This document shows, piece after piece, positions 23,457-36,942 of a DNA stretch of 64,000 nt. A program made the translations under genes and the position numbers. Position 1 is the first letter of the stretch; each line of letters begins with the position of its first letter. The notes beneath the pieces are model-generated. The model was not told where the DNA came from and did no database searches. It saw nothing but the letters and a program-made list of their open reading frames with translations. The stretch is from Lytechinus pictus (taxonomy: Eukaryota), in the NCBI RefSeq assembly GCF_037042905.1, contig NC_087245.1:186001-250000 (forward strand). The letters are read 5' to 3'.

Positions 23457-24050
23457 TTTTTGTCTTGCCTGCCTGCATAGGAGGAGAGTGAGACTTACGC
23501 ACCGATGTCGTCAACATAAAAATCTTAGCCAAGGTTAAGTTTTTGAAATATCATCATAGCTTTGAAATTTTACAGATCTAGAACAACATGGACATTTAAA
23601 AATAATAAATTATCATTAATTGTCTTGCACAAGTTTCAGGTGACATAACTAAGATCAAAGGTCATTCAGGGTCATAGAATTTAGTATAATGAATGGTGTT
23701 TTACAAGAACAAATATCTTGTTTTCCAAGCCATTTTTGTCTTGCCTGCCTGCATAGGAGAGCGAGACTTACGCACCGATGTCGTCAATATAAAAATCTTA
23801 AGCAAGGTTAAGTTTTTTGAAATATCATATGTTTGAAATTTTACAGATCTAGTTGATATAACATGGACATTTTAGAATAATAAATAGATGACATGATTAA
23901 GATCAAAGGTCATTCAGGGTCATCAAATTTAGTATAATCATATGAATGGTGTTTTTTGTGAATAAATATCTTGTTTTCCAAGACACCACTGCTGGGCACT
24001 ATAATGAATCACGTTATGCAGGCAACTCTGCCAGAGGCATTCCACTTTTT
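23457..24050 (+). mobile_element. HINE-like element, family B, with tandem duplication of the 5' ~270 bp
   Basis: GCCATTTTTGTCTTGCCTGCCTGCATAGGAG occurs twice (23454, 23729). The 3' end GCAGGC..CTGCCAGAGGCATTCCACTT matches 41490-41520. Confidence 0.65.
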
Positions 24051-24107
24051 TGTGTGAACAATTATATTTGTTTCATCAAATATATAGGGTCTTCTTTCTG
24101 TAAATAT

Positions 24108-24161
24108 TTATTATTATTATTATCATTAGTAGTAGTAGGAGGAGGAGTAGTAGTAGTAGCA

Positions 24162-24192
<31 letters not shown>

Positions 24193-24242
24193 AAGTAGTA
24201 GTAGTAGTAGTGGTATTTGTAGTAGTAGTAGTAGTAGTAGTA
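24108..24242. repeat. (ATT)n/(AGT)n microsatellite
   Basis: Visible directly in the sequence. Explains the poly-V and poly-L ORFs. Confidence 0.95.
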
Positions 24243-25129
24243 CATGGAGCTTTTTGGGCACTTATGTTACAAATTTAGTGATTGGATACCAGGAAGCTAA
24301 AAAAAAAAGACTATATATCCTGAGATTTTCAGTCCATATTATTTATATCAAGAAGAAAAAAACATGCATGTATTTAATCATTAATACAAAAACAAATTAT
24401 ATAAATTTTCTGAAAAGTCAGACTTACAATTTGCTATCATCCAATCAGTGTTTTTTTAAAAGAAAATTTGTCATTTATAAACATCTAGATTATTCTAGTA
24501 AAACCAGGTACATGTATTTTATAAGGCAAGCTAGCAATCGTTTTGAGCACCTTCAGAACTATTTCCCAAAGAGGGGTTCCAAAAGAAACCGATCAAACTT
24601 TTAATAGGCACAGCACAAATTCCACTTGGTCAAAATGAACTATATTTTTACACATGCTAGCTTAAATAATTTTTACTAAGCACCAGAGTTGTATGCAAGT
24701 CATTTTTTTGCAAGTCCAAGTCAAATCCGAAATCTCTTGGCCATAGCTCAAATCCAAGTAAACTCAAGACCAAGTCAAGTCCCCAGTCATTTCAACTCCG
24801 GTCAAATTTCTGTGTACTACCAAGTGAGTAAAAAAAAAACTTGACACGTCATACATCCTCAATTTAAGAAAATAATATATCATGAACATATAATCTTATT
24901 ATATGGCTGGCGTTCCATACTATAAACCGATTTCGAAGCTGCCGCGTGCGAGTTTTGCACGCTGTGCGCTATCCATATCCGACATTATTGCCTGGGGATG
25001 TGCAATGCAAACACAACTAAATAGAATATTACTTTTCCAAAAAAAGCTCTAAGAATAATTTTTCAAACACACTTTAGATCACATACTGATATCTTATTTT
25101 TTGAAAATAACATTCTTAAAGTAAGTGAC

Positions 25130-27116
25130 ATATATCTTTTCGAACTTAGTCAATTTATGTTCAAATTAAGCATGGACGACCTCCCCGCCATTTTCTCTAA
25201 TATGTTCCGTAAAAATGCATCCATACATTGCTACCCAACAAGGCAACAACAATATTATCATCTTCCTTTAACAAGAACTTTATTTGCAAAGAATTAATTT
25301 GTCTTCTCCGGGCCTGCCTACTGGAACTCTCTGCCTCAAGATTTCAAAGAATCCCCCAATGTAATATTTTTAAACGCAAACTGAAGAACATGTTAATTCT
25401 GCAATACTCGTTGCAAACAGGTCAAGCTGAATAACTAATTTAATTGTACTCGACTTTTGTGTATATGCGTATTATATGCGCTCATATTATATACATAGTC
25501 ATGTATATTATTTGTTTTATTATTTTTTTCTTCTTAAAATTGCAATTAACCAAAGTACCTGCATGCTCCTGCTGCCCGCCTTCTTTTTTCTTTCTTTCTA
25601 CTTAGTGTACTGCACTCCTCTGTCCCTCCTGTCTCCCCCCTCACCTCCCCCTCTCTTAAAATATTGTAAAACGTAATATTTTCTCACACGATCCATCAGT
25701 TACGTTTTTGTCAAGTGCACACAAAATTGTTTGTATTTATTTTTAAACAAAATTATTATTAAGACCCAATATTTATTTTTTGTAATTTTGTAATGTAACT
25801 AAGAAAGGGGCTTGCCTCTTGTACAAGCTTTACTTTTTTCGGCAAGTCCCTCCGTTTTACTTTTAAATACAAATGTCATTTGAGATATCTTTATTTACTG
25901 AATTGTGTTCCTTAAATCTATGATTATATTATATACAGTCAGACTGCAGGTCCCAAGAAAGTGGCTTCTTTCATCCAAGTGATATTCATGACTGAGATGT
26001 TTTGCATATTTAATGAGCTTGATGCGGACCAAAACACCTCTTTTCATTCGGTCATTGCTGCTCTAATTGTACATCGAATTTCATGAATTTGGTACCATTG
26101 TAAAGAAGAAGAATCATTCTTTCAGGTCATGTGTTTGGATTTATTCAAAGATTTTGTAATATAGGCTAAAATTTTGATCTAAAATATGCTACAAAATAAA
26201 TATTTTCACCTGACAAAAGCTGCTCTTTTCACACTTTATTTTTGTTTGAGCCCAAATGATTTTTATATCATGATAAAGCTGAATATGTATGCTTTAAAAT
26301 TATATAGGTTTCAAAATAAGAATTGGTTTAATCGGGTCAAGATCACACTTTTCATTTGCCAAGTACATAAAGCAGCTTGAAAGCAAGAATACTGCACTCT
26401 GATTGGTCAAAAAGACCACACAATGGCAAATTCCAATGGTTCCAGTGCCTGGGTTCGTGGGAAGGTCACACTTCCCATGTGGTAATCTCCTCAAATACCC
26501 CGCGCCTGTTGTTCTGTGAACCTTATCCAGCCAATCAGAACTCTGGATTTCATGCAAGTACAAAATTTCAGAAATCTCGTCTTGTACCTTGGTGGGAAAA
26601 GTGTGATCTTGACCCGATTAAAAGGTGCCGCATATCAAGAGTGGCACTGTGAGAAAGTACAGAAGTTCAGCTTTATGGTGATATAGATATCATTGAGGCT
26701 CAAAATAAAAAGTTTTGCACAATTTGCAAAAGAAAACAGAGGAAGAAAATTCAGTTTTGAGGCACATTTTCAGGCCAGAAATTTACTTATTTAACAAAAT
26801 ATTGTATACAAAATAAATGACCAATATGAAAGAGTAACTTTTACTCTATCTGATGGTGCAATAATATTTCATTTAACTTGAGGTTAAAACAGGTAAATTG
26901 TTAGAGAAAGAAAATCTCACGAATCACGAGATTTTGCAAGGAGGAGGATTCAGCCACGAGATGATTTGGATGAATCTGGCCTTTTTGCTCATTAGCATAG
27001 GGACCTGCGGTCTGACTGTATATATTATATTTTGTCTTGTAGTATTTTCGACCTTGCTATGTTATGTTCATCGTATTATGTACAATTGTGAAACGGAAAT
27101 AAATAAATCAAAATCA
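25130..27116 (+). mobile_element. CR1-like 3' end (degenerate), interrupted by a MITE
   Basis: Decayed coding tail, stem-loop GGGCTTGCC..TACAAGC..GGCAAGTCCC, and a terminal GGAAATAAATAAATCAAAATCA after the MITE. Confidence 0.5.
25936..27018 (+). mobile_element. ~1.08-kb CAG-terminated non-autonomous DNA transposon
   Basis: TIR CAGTCAGACTGCAGGTCCC / GGGACCTGCGGTCTGACTG, flanked by TATA. Near-identical to 43928-45009. Confidence 0.92.
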
Positions 27117-28841
27117 TTTGTTCGCTATCTTTGCCCCAATTGGAAAGATTCATTGCGCATTGAGTGTCTATACATTATACACTACTGTAACGGTAAACGA
27201 GGCGAGGCGCATGTACGCACATTGCATTTGGAGTATGCGCAGCGAGCAGTATGAATGAATGCAAGCTTTGCCAGCACTAGCGGGGCTCCAGCCATTGGTC
27301 CCTGGGGCATGGCCAGGGCGCCGAGGCAGGCCTCATTGACAAAGTAGCGAGTTCTGCCGCTATTCACCGCAGGATATACGATTCTTTCGACCTGATAAGT
27401 AAGCCTGAGTCAAATCGATTTTATAAAATCGGTGTTCGATCGATGTCATCAAGTGCAGGGTCAGATTTTGCAAAAAAGGTGCATCGAAGAAAAGAAGAAA
27501 AAAAAATATCTTCTCCCAAATAATTTGATACCATATTCATGTGTTATATCTTCATGCTTGGATAATCACTAGGTATTCTTTGCTGTAAATTGATGTAAAT
27601 TTGATGTAAATTTGCGCCAAGGTAAGGTATGACTGGAATGAAAGAACCCCACTTACCAATGCCATAATCTTATGTGAGTTAATAAACATATTTGCAAATC
27701 CCTTTTCATTGAAATTAAGATGAGAATTGATACTAAGAAATGTTTATTAAAATTATAAAGTAAATTATTGAAAAAGTATTTTGAAATGGATTTTAATGCA
27801 ACCCTTGGACATGTAGGATTTTGACATTGATATTTGGATTCATTTATGGCAGTCATATTTGGATTCATTTATGGCACAGATCAAAATTTACATCACTGCA
27901 AAGAATACCTCCTGATCATTCAAGCGTTAACTCAGACATGTACCACAATAAAGTATCAAATTATTTGAAAGAACATTCTTTTTCAGGCCATATATAATAA
28001 TTATGTGTTCATTACATATTTTTGAGCTGTGTTACCACAGTGGAATATGTACACAATGAATTACATGCAGTTTTAAACATTTTATGGCATGTATTTGAAG
28101 TGATTTTATTTTTTACGGCACAGGATTGACTTACATGTAAGATCTTTTCATTAGGTACATTTCATTATTGCATATATCAATAAAAAAAATTTACTCCAAG
28201 ATTTCTGCCACACTTTAATGATTAGAAAAAAAATTACTCAACAACACAGGAAGTTACCTGAATCAACAATTCTTGTGTAGGGATATATGGCATGTGAAGA
28301 GCTTTTAGATCATGACAGAAGGGGCACAATTTTCATTAAAATTGTAAGCGAGTGAAGTGAGCAAGCACAGATCAGTTTGTTATTTTGCTATGATATTCAG
28401 AAAATAACATAAAATTATTTTCCTTTTCTGTTTATCTTGGTTGTGGAACCTTTTCTTTGTAAGAGAAAGAGGTTGTTAATGGCCTAGGTATACATGAAAA
28501 CATCTTTGGCCTTTCATTTTCCATTTTATGACTTTTGGTTCAGAAACAAATTGATATAAGGGTCTAGAGCCTCTCTGTGATTGAACCAATCTCTTGATTA
28601 TTGACATGTGCTTTAATAGTAAAGGTTAATAAACAATCATTTCTGTTTAAAATATAGTTCATTTTGACTGGTTGGATTTTGTGCAGTGCCCTTGAAAAAC
28701 TTTGATCAGTTTCTTTTGGAACCCAGTTTACAAGTATGGATTTTTCTTTCTGAGAACTTATTTTTGCTAATACATTCTTTGATGCAAAAAAGAATCCCAT
28801 TTTGTTTTGTAATTGGAACTCAATTTTGAATATCTCCACAG

Positions 28842-28981
28842 GTTTCCAATATTTTTCAATGAGATTGGGAGAGGAGGTCGTTTTGTCTGTGTTATCTTCT
28901 TCATATCCATTGTTTTTGCTGGCCTAAGCTCTCTTACAGCTAATGTTGAACTACTTGTCAAGGTCGTGGAAGATTTTGGAT
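28842..28981 (+). CDS. SLC6/NSS transporter exon (TM8)
   Basis: CAG|G..T|GTGAGT. FPIFFNEIGRGGRFVCVIFFISIVFAGLSSLTANVELLVKVVEDFG. Confidence 0.92.
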
Positions 28982-29681
28982 GTGAGTATATTCATGAATT
29001 ATCCCTCTTAGCTATCCAGAGACTCGTAACACTAAGATTGGTGAGTAATGGCAATTTGAAAGAATAATTCTGTTTGCTTAATGGCAGGCCTGTTGAACAG
29101 TTTACATGTGAGTTATTATGTTTGGTTAATTGCAAGCCTGATGAATATGAGTGATTTTGTTTGGTTAAGAGCAGGCGTGCTTAAAAATATACATGTATGA
29201 ATGATTCTGTTTGGTTAATAGCAGGCCTGTTAAATATAGGTTTTCCCGTCCAATTTCGTCAGAGTTGCATTTAAATTGATGAAAGGACGTTCAAATTTGA
29301 AATATTTCGTCCACCCTCTGCACACATGGTTCATTTTCATTTATTTTGCATTCAATTCCGTTCTATATCATTCCTTTGAATTTTGTAGAAATTCAATTTA
29401 GAGAGAAATTCTTTCAAATTAATGGCCCAAAGGTGTCATTTAATTTCGCAAGGACAAACTGATCATTTAATTTCGCCTAAAATACCATTTTCAATTTCAT
29501 TGATCGGCACACATAATTGCACTTTAAACGTCCAAATTTAGATAGTGTGTTTCTGTGTTCATTTTTTTAATTACGTTATACAATTTTTTTTCAAACTTTG
29601 CCCTATCTTTCTATTTTTTCTGACCTTTTCAGTTAAAATAATTTTATTCCATTATGTATGATAAAGACTTTATACATGAAA

Positions 29682-30956
29682 CAGGGTTGTTTGATTTAAA
29701 TCATGTCGATTTAAATCATGATTTAAATCACTTGATTTTTTTCAAAAAAATCACTGATTTAAATCAACTTTTATTTAAAAAATTAGTTTTCTCTATTTTC
29801 TCTTCTTAACAGATACTTTCAATGTAATCATTTTCATTTCTGTTCCACATGCTTTAGAGATACTTTAAAAGAATGATACACCCTCATGGAGTCTGATTTA
29901 ACACCACTGTTTTATTTTCAAATTGTAAAACAAGCAAAACTGATGAAAACAACAAGTTTCTAACGAAGTAATGATAAATAACTCTCTGTATGTACACCAA
30001 ACTGTTAAATCTTCAATCTACAAAGGTGCTCAAAGTCCACAACTTGGATAAGGAAAGAAAATGTAAAAAGTTTACTCCAGCCTTCAACTCAGATGAGCTA
30101 ACAAACCAAGAGAAAGAATTTACCTTGTGTATGCTGAAGATGCTGATGGTCATCTTGGGCAACATCCAGTCGATCATTGTTGCACTTTTCATGGTGTGTT
30201 TTCATCCGCTTCACAATCCCCATCAACTCAAAACCACATAGTTTGCACTTTGCTCTGCATCCAGTTGCAGATTTTGATGGCAGTTTCTCAAAAAAGTACC
30301 AAATGGGGTCTGATTTTCTTCCAGACATGATGCTTATTCATGCATCACAAAAGCTGCAAAACCCTTTGTTTATTAGCTATTACCAGCTGTTAGTTGGGAA
30401 GTCCCCCATGTGATAGTTCTAGGAAATATTCCTAGCTAAAATCCCCCATGTGATAATTCTAGGAAATATTCCCAGCTAGAATTTCCAAGGGCAGTATAGG
30501 AACCCTAACAGGCCTTTAATAATGTCAATTTTGTCGGAAATTCTCAAGTTCTTTGAGTACTTCATGCATTGGAGTAACACTTCAGATGTTTTGAACTGAC
30601 TGATATAAAAATTTCAAGAGTTTAAATGTATACATAATACATAACATTACTTGGGCTTCCATAAAATGTCCCTCTCTATAATGCAAATAAATGAATAAAA
30701 AAATAAAAAAAATTACCTGTATATAAGTGGATTATTGTGTCAAATAGTACAATACACAATGTTCAAAAGACTACTTGACCACTATTATTGGTGTAAAACA
30801 GTTTAAATATAGTTTAAAACGTGTTAAGTGTGACCATTATTTTTCGTTGGAAAAAAAAAAAAAAAATCTGATTTAAATCATAAAAATCCGATTTAAATAA
30901 AAAAAATCTGATTTTTTTTATTTTTTTTTTTAAATAAAAAAAAATCAACAACCCTG
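29682..30956 (-). mobile_element. hAT deletion derivative retaining a BED zinc-finger exon (30328-~30124)
   Basis: TIR CAGGGTTGTT / AACAACCCTG. TSD ACATGAAA/ACATGTAA. GATTTAAATC subterminal repeats. MSGRKSDPIWYFF..AKCKLC..RMKTHHEKC. Confidence 0.85.
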
Positions 30957-31019
30957 ACATGTAACACTTATATGATATGGTTGTAAACACTTATTCTTTT
31001 AGTGATTGATGAGTGGGTG

Positions 31020-31205
31020 CAGGGGCGGATCCAGGATTTCCCAAAAGAGGGGGGCACATTTTTCAGAGGAATTTAACTAGCAAAAAAAAATGTTTTTTAA
31101 CCAAAGAATAAGGGTATTTTGTCCACGAAAATAAAATTAATTGTGCCTCTAAAAAGGGGAGGGGCACGAGTCGGCTGTGCCCCCACCCCCCTGGATCCGC
31201 CAGTG
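31020..31205. mobile_element. hAT-type MITE
   Basis: CAGGGGCGGATCCAGG / CCTGGATCCGCCAGTG. Perfect 8-bp TSD AGTGGGTG. Confidence 0.88.
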
Positions 31206-32640
31206 AGTGGGTGGATGACCTATGCCAATGGCAGGTATTTTCTCTTCATCATCTTGTTCTTTTTTATTTTACATAATTGTAATTTATATCGCTTTTGGGA
31301 AGGGATGAGAAACATGGTATTGAAAGTGGAACAAAAACAAGTTGTTGTTCCGATGATGGTTTGTCAGATGGATGATACATTTCAGTTAAATTTTAAACAT
31401 CCAATTTGAAGTAAAACCCATTTCCATAATTATTTAAATGAAGTAAACAGCAACAGCAACAACGAAAAACACTGTCCATATCCTATAAGTGATTGCATAT
31501 TAATGATTTTGAAATCATAAACGTTCACAAGGAAGGTACCGGTGCGAATTTGAAAACACTTCTTCAGCTATTTTAATTTGATCGTGCTTTAGACATGTTT
31601 CAATGAGATAACCATGAAATCGCGTGTCAATAGAATCAAATTGAATTAAGTATTTGGATATTTAAATGCTGATCTCATAGGTCATTCAAATTAGTTGCAA
31701 ATTGAATTATTACATCATTAAATCGGTTGAAATTTTGACAAAATTGGACGGGAAAACCTATAGTATGTGAATTTAATTATGTTCTTTTTTTTTTTTTATT
31801 TATGTTTTTATTGATAAATCTTCAACATACAAATCATTTACATCAAATTCCACTATAAAAGTTACAAAAAAAATCAAAAATCAATCAAAATATATACAAG
31901 GGATTGGAGTGATCGGAAAAGAAAAAAAAAAAAATCAACAAGGAGAAAGCGGAGTACATGTATATCATTTCATTAAAACAATATCATATTTTTACATGAG
32001 CAAGAACCCCTAGAATGAAAACCAATCAGCAACAAACTTTGGCAAAGTTATTAAAAAATAATTAAGAAAGACCATGATGCAAAGCATTAAAACAAAAACC
32101 TACTCAGGCTGGAAAGGGCAGAAGTGAGGGAGGAGACGACCAGCCGCCCTCTAACTCTCTCACACGTTCCCCCTCGCCTCGAATCATAGACATACCCTTT
32201 ATAAAGTTTGTATCCTCACACTGACACTCGCACCCCCCCCCCCCTTCCATCACACACTGTAAGAAACTCCACACTCAAAGATCATTCCCCCCCCCCCAAT
32301 CCCGCCCATTCCAGCCGGAGAATTGCACGTGGTCAAAATAAAAGCTGAGCGTGAGAAAAGCCAAGAAAAATTTGACCTATTTTCATTCCGGGGTCATCGC
32401 ACATGTTAACAGTGGCGGTAGAATAGTAAACAAAGTGTCGAGTTAAAATGGTTGTATTAGGTTACAGAGGTCAGCCATAACAGCACAAGTATCAAGAGGA
32501 CAGAAATTAACAAAAAAATTGGCAAGAAAAGTGCAAACATGGAGTGCAAATAACATGTATACATAAAATAAAATAAAGGGAAAGGAAGAGTTTCAGAGTT
32601 ACACATAAAATGGCACTAAATGCTCAGAATTATAAAACAC

Positions 32641-35600
32641 CTAGATATCGAAACGCCATTTCTTAAAATGACTAGGTAACTTATTGCTTTTTTTTGCTGC
32701 CAAATATTCTAACTCTTTTTGTTTCTTAACATAAGATTTATACATGACAAAGTTTGGGAGCTCGTTTCTAAATTTGCAAGAATAAATATGATACTTCAAT
32801 AGTAAAAACAAATATGAAACAAATTTATCACTACATATACCAAACATTTTTTCATAATTAGTTATAGAAATGCGAGAACCTGTTTTCTGTGTGATTACAA
32901 TCTCAAGAGCGTGCCAAAGAGATGTGACTTTTTCACATTCGCAGAACAAATGTATTAGTGTTTCCTCTTCTTTTCCACACATGGAGCAATTAGGAGAGTC
33001 TTTTCGTTTGATCTGGAAAAGAAATTTATTTAAAGCAATGGCTTTGTGAAAAATTTTAAAGTAAAAGGATCTTAATTTAGTATCAAGAGAACAAAAGAAA
33101 TTATTCAAATGAACCTGTTGCCAGTTGATGTTAACAGGGAGCAATAAATTGTTGCTCCAAAAAGCATATCTCTTGGCTGGAGTATAAGAGCCAAGAAGTA
33201 CATTGTACACATTCTTAGGAATTTTTTTGTAATTTAATAGGTTTACAACAATGGTGTCGTGAACGCCAACAATATCAACATCGAAATTCTCCATCCATTC
33301 TTCTGGAATATTTTTCATTAAAAAATTAAATTTCCTTCTATCTAAAGAGGGGATGTCAAAATCTAATACCAATTCTTCAAAAAGTTTGTGACCAGGGAGG
33401 GGTGGATTAAACAAATCGGCAATGGTACAAATACCTTTATCATACCATACATCATAAAAGAAAAAAGGTTTGGATTTAGATCGAATTGATTTATTAAACC
33501 ACAAAGATTGACATGCACTCAATTCTGAGAAATTGAAGCCGTAAAATTCTTTAGCAGCTTCCTCTCGATATAAATACCATGAACGCAAAGAATCAGCTAA
33601 CTGTGCATTGCCCAAGGCGTTCAATACACATTCTGGGGCATAACATTTCCACAAAAATGAGGTATCTTGATTTAAATCTTTCAAAAACGATAGTTCAATA
33701 TATTTCCAAGAAGCATCAAAAGTATCATCAAGAAGATATTTGACCCATGTCATCTTCTGGGCAATGGCAAATTTTAAGGGGTCAATCATTTTTAGACCAG
33801 CATTTTTATAATCATTACAAACATTAATTCTTTGGACCCTATCTTTACCCCCACTCCAGATAAACTTGTAAAACGTGCTATTCAACTGGTTAAAAAAGGA
33901 GCGAGGTATTTTAATACAAAGGACTGAAAATAAATAGATCAATTGTGGAAGCACAAGAGCTTTAATTACACAAATCCTTCCTATTAAAGAAAGATTTCTC
34001 ATTTTCCAGCATGATATTGTAAGTTCCATTTTTTTCAACCTTTCTTTGTAATTTAAACAATAAAGTAGGCTCAAATTCAAAGAAAAATTTACTCCAAGAC
34101 ATTTAAATTGAGATGTTTTCCAAGATATGCCCTGGTTGGTGTAAGGGAAAACTTGGCTTCCTTTTTTTGAACCAATCCAAATTGCTTCAGTTTTGCATAA
34201 ATTTATTTTACATCCAGAATGCTTCCCAAAATTGTATAACAACTTAAAAAGTTGAGAAAACGAGTTACTAGATCCATTTAAAAAGCAAACTGAATCATCT
34301 GCAAACATAGAAATCTTAGCTTCAATGTTATTGTCTAATGGAATCCCTTTGATTTGTTCATTTTGACGTATGGAAATGGCCAATATTTCAATAACTAATA
34401 AGAACAGGTATGGAGAAATCGGGCAACCTTGAAAAATACCTCTCTTCATAGATATACGTTCCGTTAAATATCCATTATTCAAGACATAACTTAAACGGGA
34501 GGAGTACAAGGTCTTAACAATGTTAATAAAATTTTCACCGAAATTAAATTTTTTCAAAGTTTGAAATAGAAAGCTATGAGAAACGCTGTCAAAGGCCTTC
34601 TCAATATCGAGTAACAAAATTGCACCTGGAATATTTTTAAAGTCAGTATATTCAATAATATCTAAAATTAAACGAATATTATGGCCGATATTTCGACCTT
34701 TCATAAAACCAGACTGGTCAGGATGAATAAGGGTATGCAAACAACGCTTTACTCTGGTAGCTAGACACTTGGCAAATATTTTGTAATCTGTGGTCAGAAG
34801 AGTAATAGGTCGATAATTTTTTATTAACAAAGGATCTCTATCTTTTTTAGGCAGAAGAGCAATAATACCATTTCTCTGAGATAAGGACATAAAACCGTTT
34901 TGCAAGGAATAATTAAAAGATTTTATTAACATATCACAAATATCATTCCAAAAAACTAAGTAAAACTCAGCAGGGAGCCCATCTAAACCTGGGGCTTTAT
35001 TTATTTTCATTGATTTGACAGCTTCATATATTTCATTCCTGGAGAAAGGAGTCTCAAAAAATTGTTTATCATCTTCAGATAATTGCGGAATAGTGATGTT
35101 GTCAAAAACTGCATTATTACGACCACTATCATCAACAGGAATTGAATTAACATCTGGTGTTGAATATAAATGGGCATAAAAATCATGGATATTTTTCAAG
35201 ATGATATTGGAATTTGTTATCAAAGTGCCTTGGTTATCTTTAAGTTTAGTAATATTCTTCCTCTGCCAAGCTCTATTTTCCAAATTACAAAAATATTTAC
35301 TGCTCCTCTCACCTTCCTCTAACCACCTGATTCTAGACCTAGTTATCAAACCTTTAGTTTCAAATTCATAAATTTTGTCAAGTTTTGCTTCAAGTTCCTC
35401 TAACTGTAAAAATAGGGGGTCATCAGGTGTAGGGGTGTTGCTCGAAGGTAACAACATTTTTATTCTATTGATTTCTGTTAATAACTGACTTTTCTCTAGA
35501 TTTCTTTCTTTTTTCTTCCGGGCTGAATACTCAATACAAATACCTGTAATGAAGCATTTAAAGGAGTCCCAAAGTATATTGTCATTGCACTGAGAATTCA

Positions 35601-36426
35601 GATGGATGATTTTAAATTCCTTGATTTTGTCTTTTATGAGATCAATAAAATCATTATCATGATATAAATAATGAGTATTAAGTTTCCAATAACCCTTACC
35701 TTTTAGTGGTTGGTTATCAATAAATTCAACTAAAACGACAGAATGGTCTGATTGGATTCCAGGCAAAATTTTTGATTTTTTACAATTTTCCAAAAAGTTA
35801 TTTGAAACCAAAATAAAATCTAACCTAGATAGCACCCGAGGAAATTTCTGATGTCTGGTATACTTTTTCAATTCAGGGTGGAAGGATCTCCACACATCAC
35901 AGAGACCATATTCCTCAATCAATACTTTCAAAATCTCACTGGTTTTAATATTGGAGTGGTGTTCTCTAGAACCCTGATAATCAAGATCACTGATTACTGC
36001 ATTGAAATCTCCTCCAACTATAGTAAATTCATTGTCAAACTTGTCAATTTCTGCAAAAACTTTAAGTAAAAAATCAGGGTCATCGTTGTTGGGACCATAT
36101 ATATTTGCAAGAGTAACCGGGAGATCATTTAATGTTGCACTTACTATCAAAAATCTTCCCCCTGGATCTTTAGTAATGGATTTTACTTTGATGTTCAAGG
36201 ACTTTCTAAAAAGAATTGCAACACCCCTACTGTTCGACGTAAAACTGGCGAAAAAGGCAAATTCACCCCATTGGGTTTTCCATACTTTTTCATCATTTAA
36301 TTCCGAGTGGGTTTCTTGTAAAAATAAAATATCTGTTTTAAGGGATCGCATATAGTGAAATATTTTTTTCCTCTTGAAATAATCTTGCAACCCTCTGCAA
36401 TTAAATGAATGAAGCTTTATGTGCAT
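32641..36426 (-). CDS. L1/Tx1 ORF2: APE endonuclease, reverse transcriptase and CCHC finger (~1261 aa from MHIKLHSFN)
   Basis: NCRGL, LQETH, GGDFN, SRLD, SDH (APE). KAFDSV, QGCPISPYLF, FADD (RT). CSMC..HLFCEC. No internal stops. Confidence 0.96.
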   Translation of the reverse strand: MHIKLHSFNCRGLQDYFKRKKIFHYMRSLKTDILFLQETHSELNDEKVWKTQWGEFAFFASFTSNSRGVAILFRKSLNIKVKSITKDPGGRFLIVSATLNDLPVTLANIYGPNNDDPDFLLKVFAEIDKFDNEFTIVGGDFNAVISDLDYQGSREHHSNIKTSEILKVLIEEYGLCDVWRSFHPELKKYTRHQKFPRVLSRLDFILVSNNFLENCKKSKILPGIQSDHSVVLVEFIDNQPLKGKGYWKLNTHYLYHDNDFIDLIKDKIKEFKIIHLNSQCNDNILWDSFKCFITGICIEYSARKKKERNLEKSQLLTEINRIKMLLPSSNTPTPDDPLFLQLEELEAKLDKIYEFETKGLITRSRIRWLEEGERSSKYFCNLENRAWQRKNITKLKDNQGTLITNSNIILKNIHDFYAHLYSTPDVNSIPVDDSGRNNAVFDNITIPQLSEDDKQFFETPFSRNEIYEAVKSMKINKAPGLDGLPAEFYLVFWNDICDMLIKSFNYSLQNGFMSLSQRNGIIALLPKKDRDPLLIKNYRPITLLTTDYKIFAKCLATRVKRCLHTLIHPDQSGFMKGRNIGHNIRLILDIIEYTDFKNIPGAILLLDIEKAFDSVSHSFLFQTLKKFNFGENFINIVKTLYSSRLSYVLNNGYLTERISMKRGIFQGCPISPYLFLLVIEILAISIRQNEQIKGIPLDNNIEAKISMFADDSVCFLNGSSNSFSQLFKLLYNFGKHSGCKINLCKTEAIWIGSKKGSQVFPYTNQGISWKTSQFKCLGVNFSLNLSLLYCLNYKERLKKMELTISCWKMRNLSLIGRICVIKALVLPQLIYLFSVLCIKIPRSFFNQLNSTFYKFIWSGGKDRVQRINVCNDYKNAGLKMIDPLKFAIAQKMTWVKYLLDDTFDASWKYIELSFLKDLNQDTSFLWKCYAPECVLNALGNAQLADSLRSWYLYREEAAKEFYGFNFSELSACQSLWFNKSIRSKSKPFFFYDVWYDKGICTIADLFNPPLPGHKLFEELVLDFDIPSLDRRKFNFLMKNIPEEWMENFDVDIVGVHDTIVVNLLNYKKIPKNVYNVLLGSYTPAKRYAFWSNNLLLPVNINWQQVHLNNFFCSLDTKLRSFYFKIFHKAIALNKFLFQIKRKDSPNCSMCGKEEETLIHLFCECEKVTSLWHALEIVITQKTGSRISITNYEKMFGICSDKFVSYLFLLLKYHIYSCKFRNELPNFVMYKSYVKKQKELEYLAAKKSNKLPSHFKKWRFDI

Positions 36427-36942
36427 GGAACTTCTAAAATACATCTGCACCCCAAAACCAGAATTAAAAAGGAAAACCGCCACCATACAATACATACATT
36501 TACACAAAGAAAAAATTGTCTTTCAAGATACTGATATGAATATACATGTACAAGCAATCTACAATGCATAAAAAAGCATGAAAAAATAAAAATAAGCAAA
36601 AAAAGCCCCCAAAAAATCAAAATGATTGTTGCTAAAAGTAAAAGTGGGATCACAAAAGCAAAAGTTGGAGAGTAGAGCTTCAAATCATCCCCAGCTCTAC
36701 TCAGAATTGCAGACCTCGACATACATGTATACATGTACATATAACCAATAGAATTTGGATCCAAACCCAACAAAGTGTGTATTTCAAATACCTGATCAAC
36801 AGCCAACAAATTAAAGGCACTTCAGTATATGTAAGTTGTAAAAAGACACAACACTTTCAACAAATTACAAAAAGCAAAAGCATACAGAGACAATATATAA
36901 CATGGAAAACTTGAAACCAGTTTTCATAAAGTTTGAGTGATA

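Larger units (their letters stand above)
29239..31758. mobile_element. TIR element hosting two hAT insertions
   Basis: TATA|GGTTTTCCCGTCCAATTTCGTCA ... TGACAAAATTGGACGGGAAAACC|TATA. Confidence 0.8.

Noticed and set aside
23946..24278. Poly-Val and poly-Leu membrane ORFs
   Set aside because: Microsatellite translation.
36427..36809. N-terminal extension of ORF2 and a 130-aa hydrophobic ORF in the L1 spacer
   Set aside because: The APE domain starts at MHIKL (36426). The spacer is T-rich on the sense strand, which produces spurious hydrophobic ORFs.
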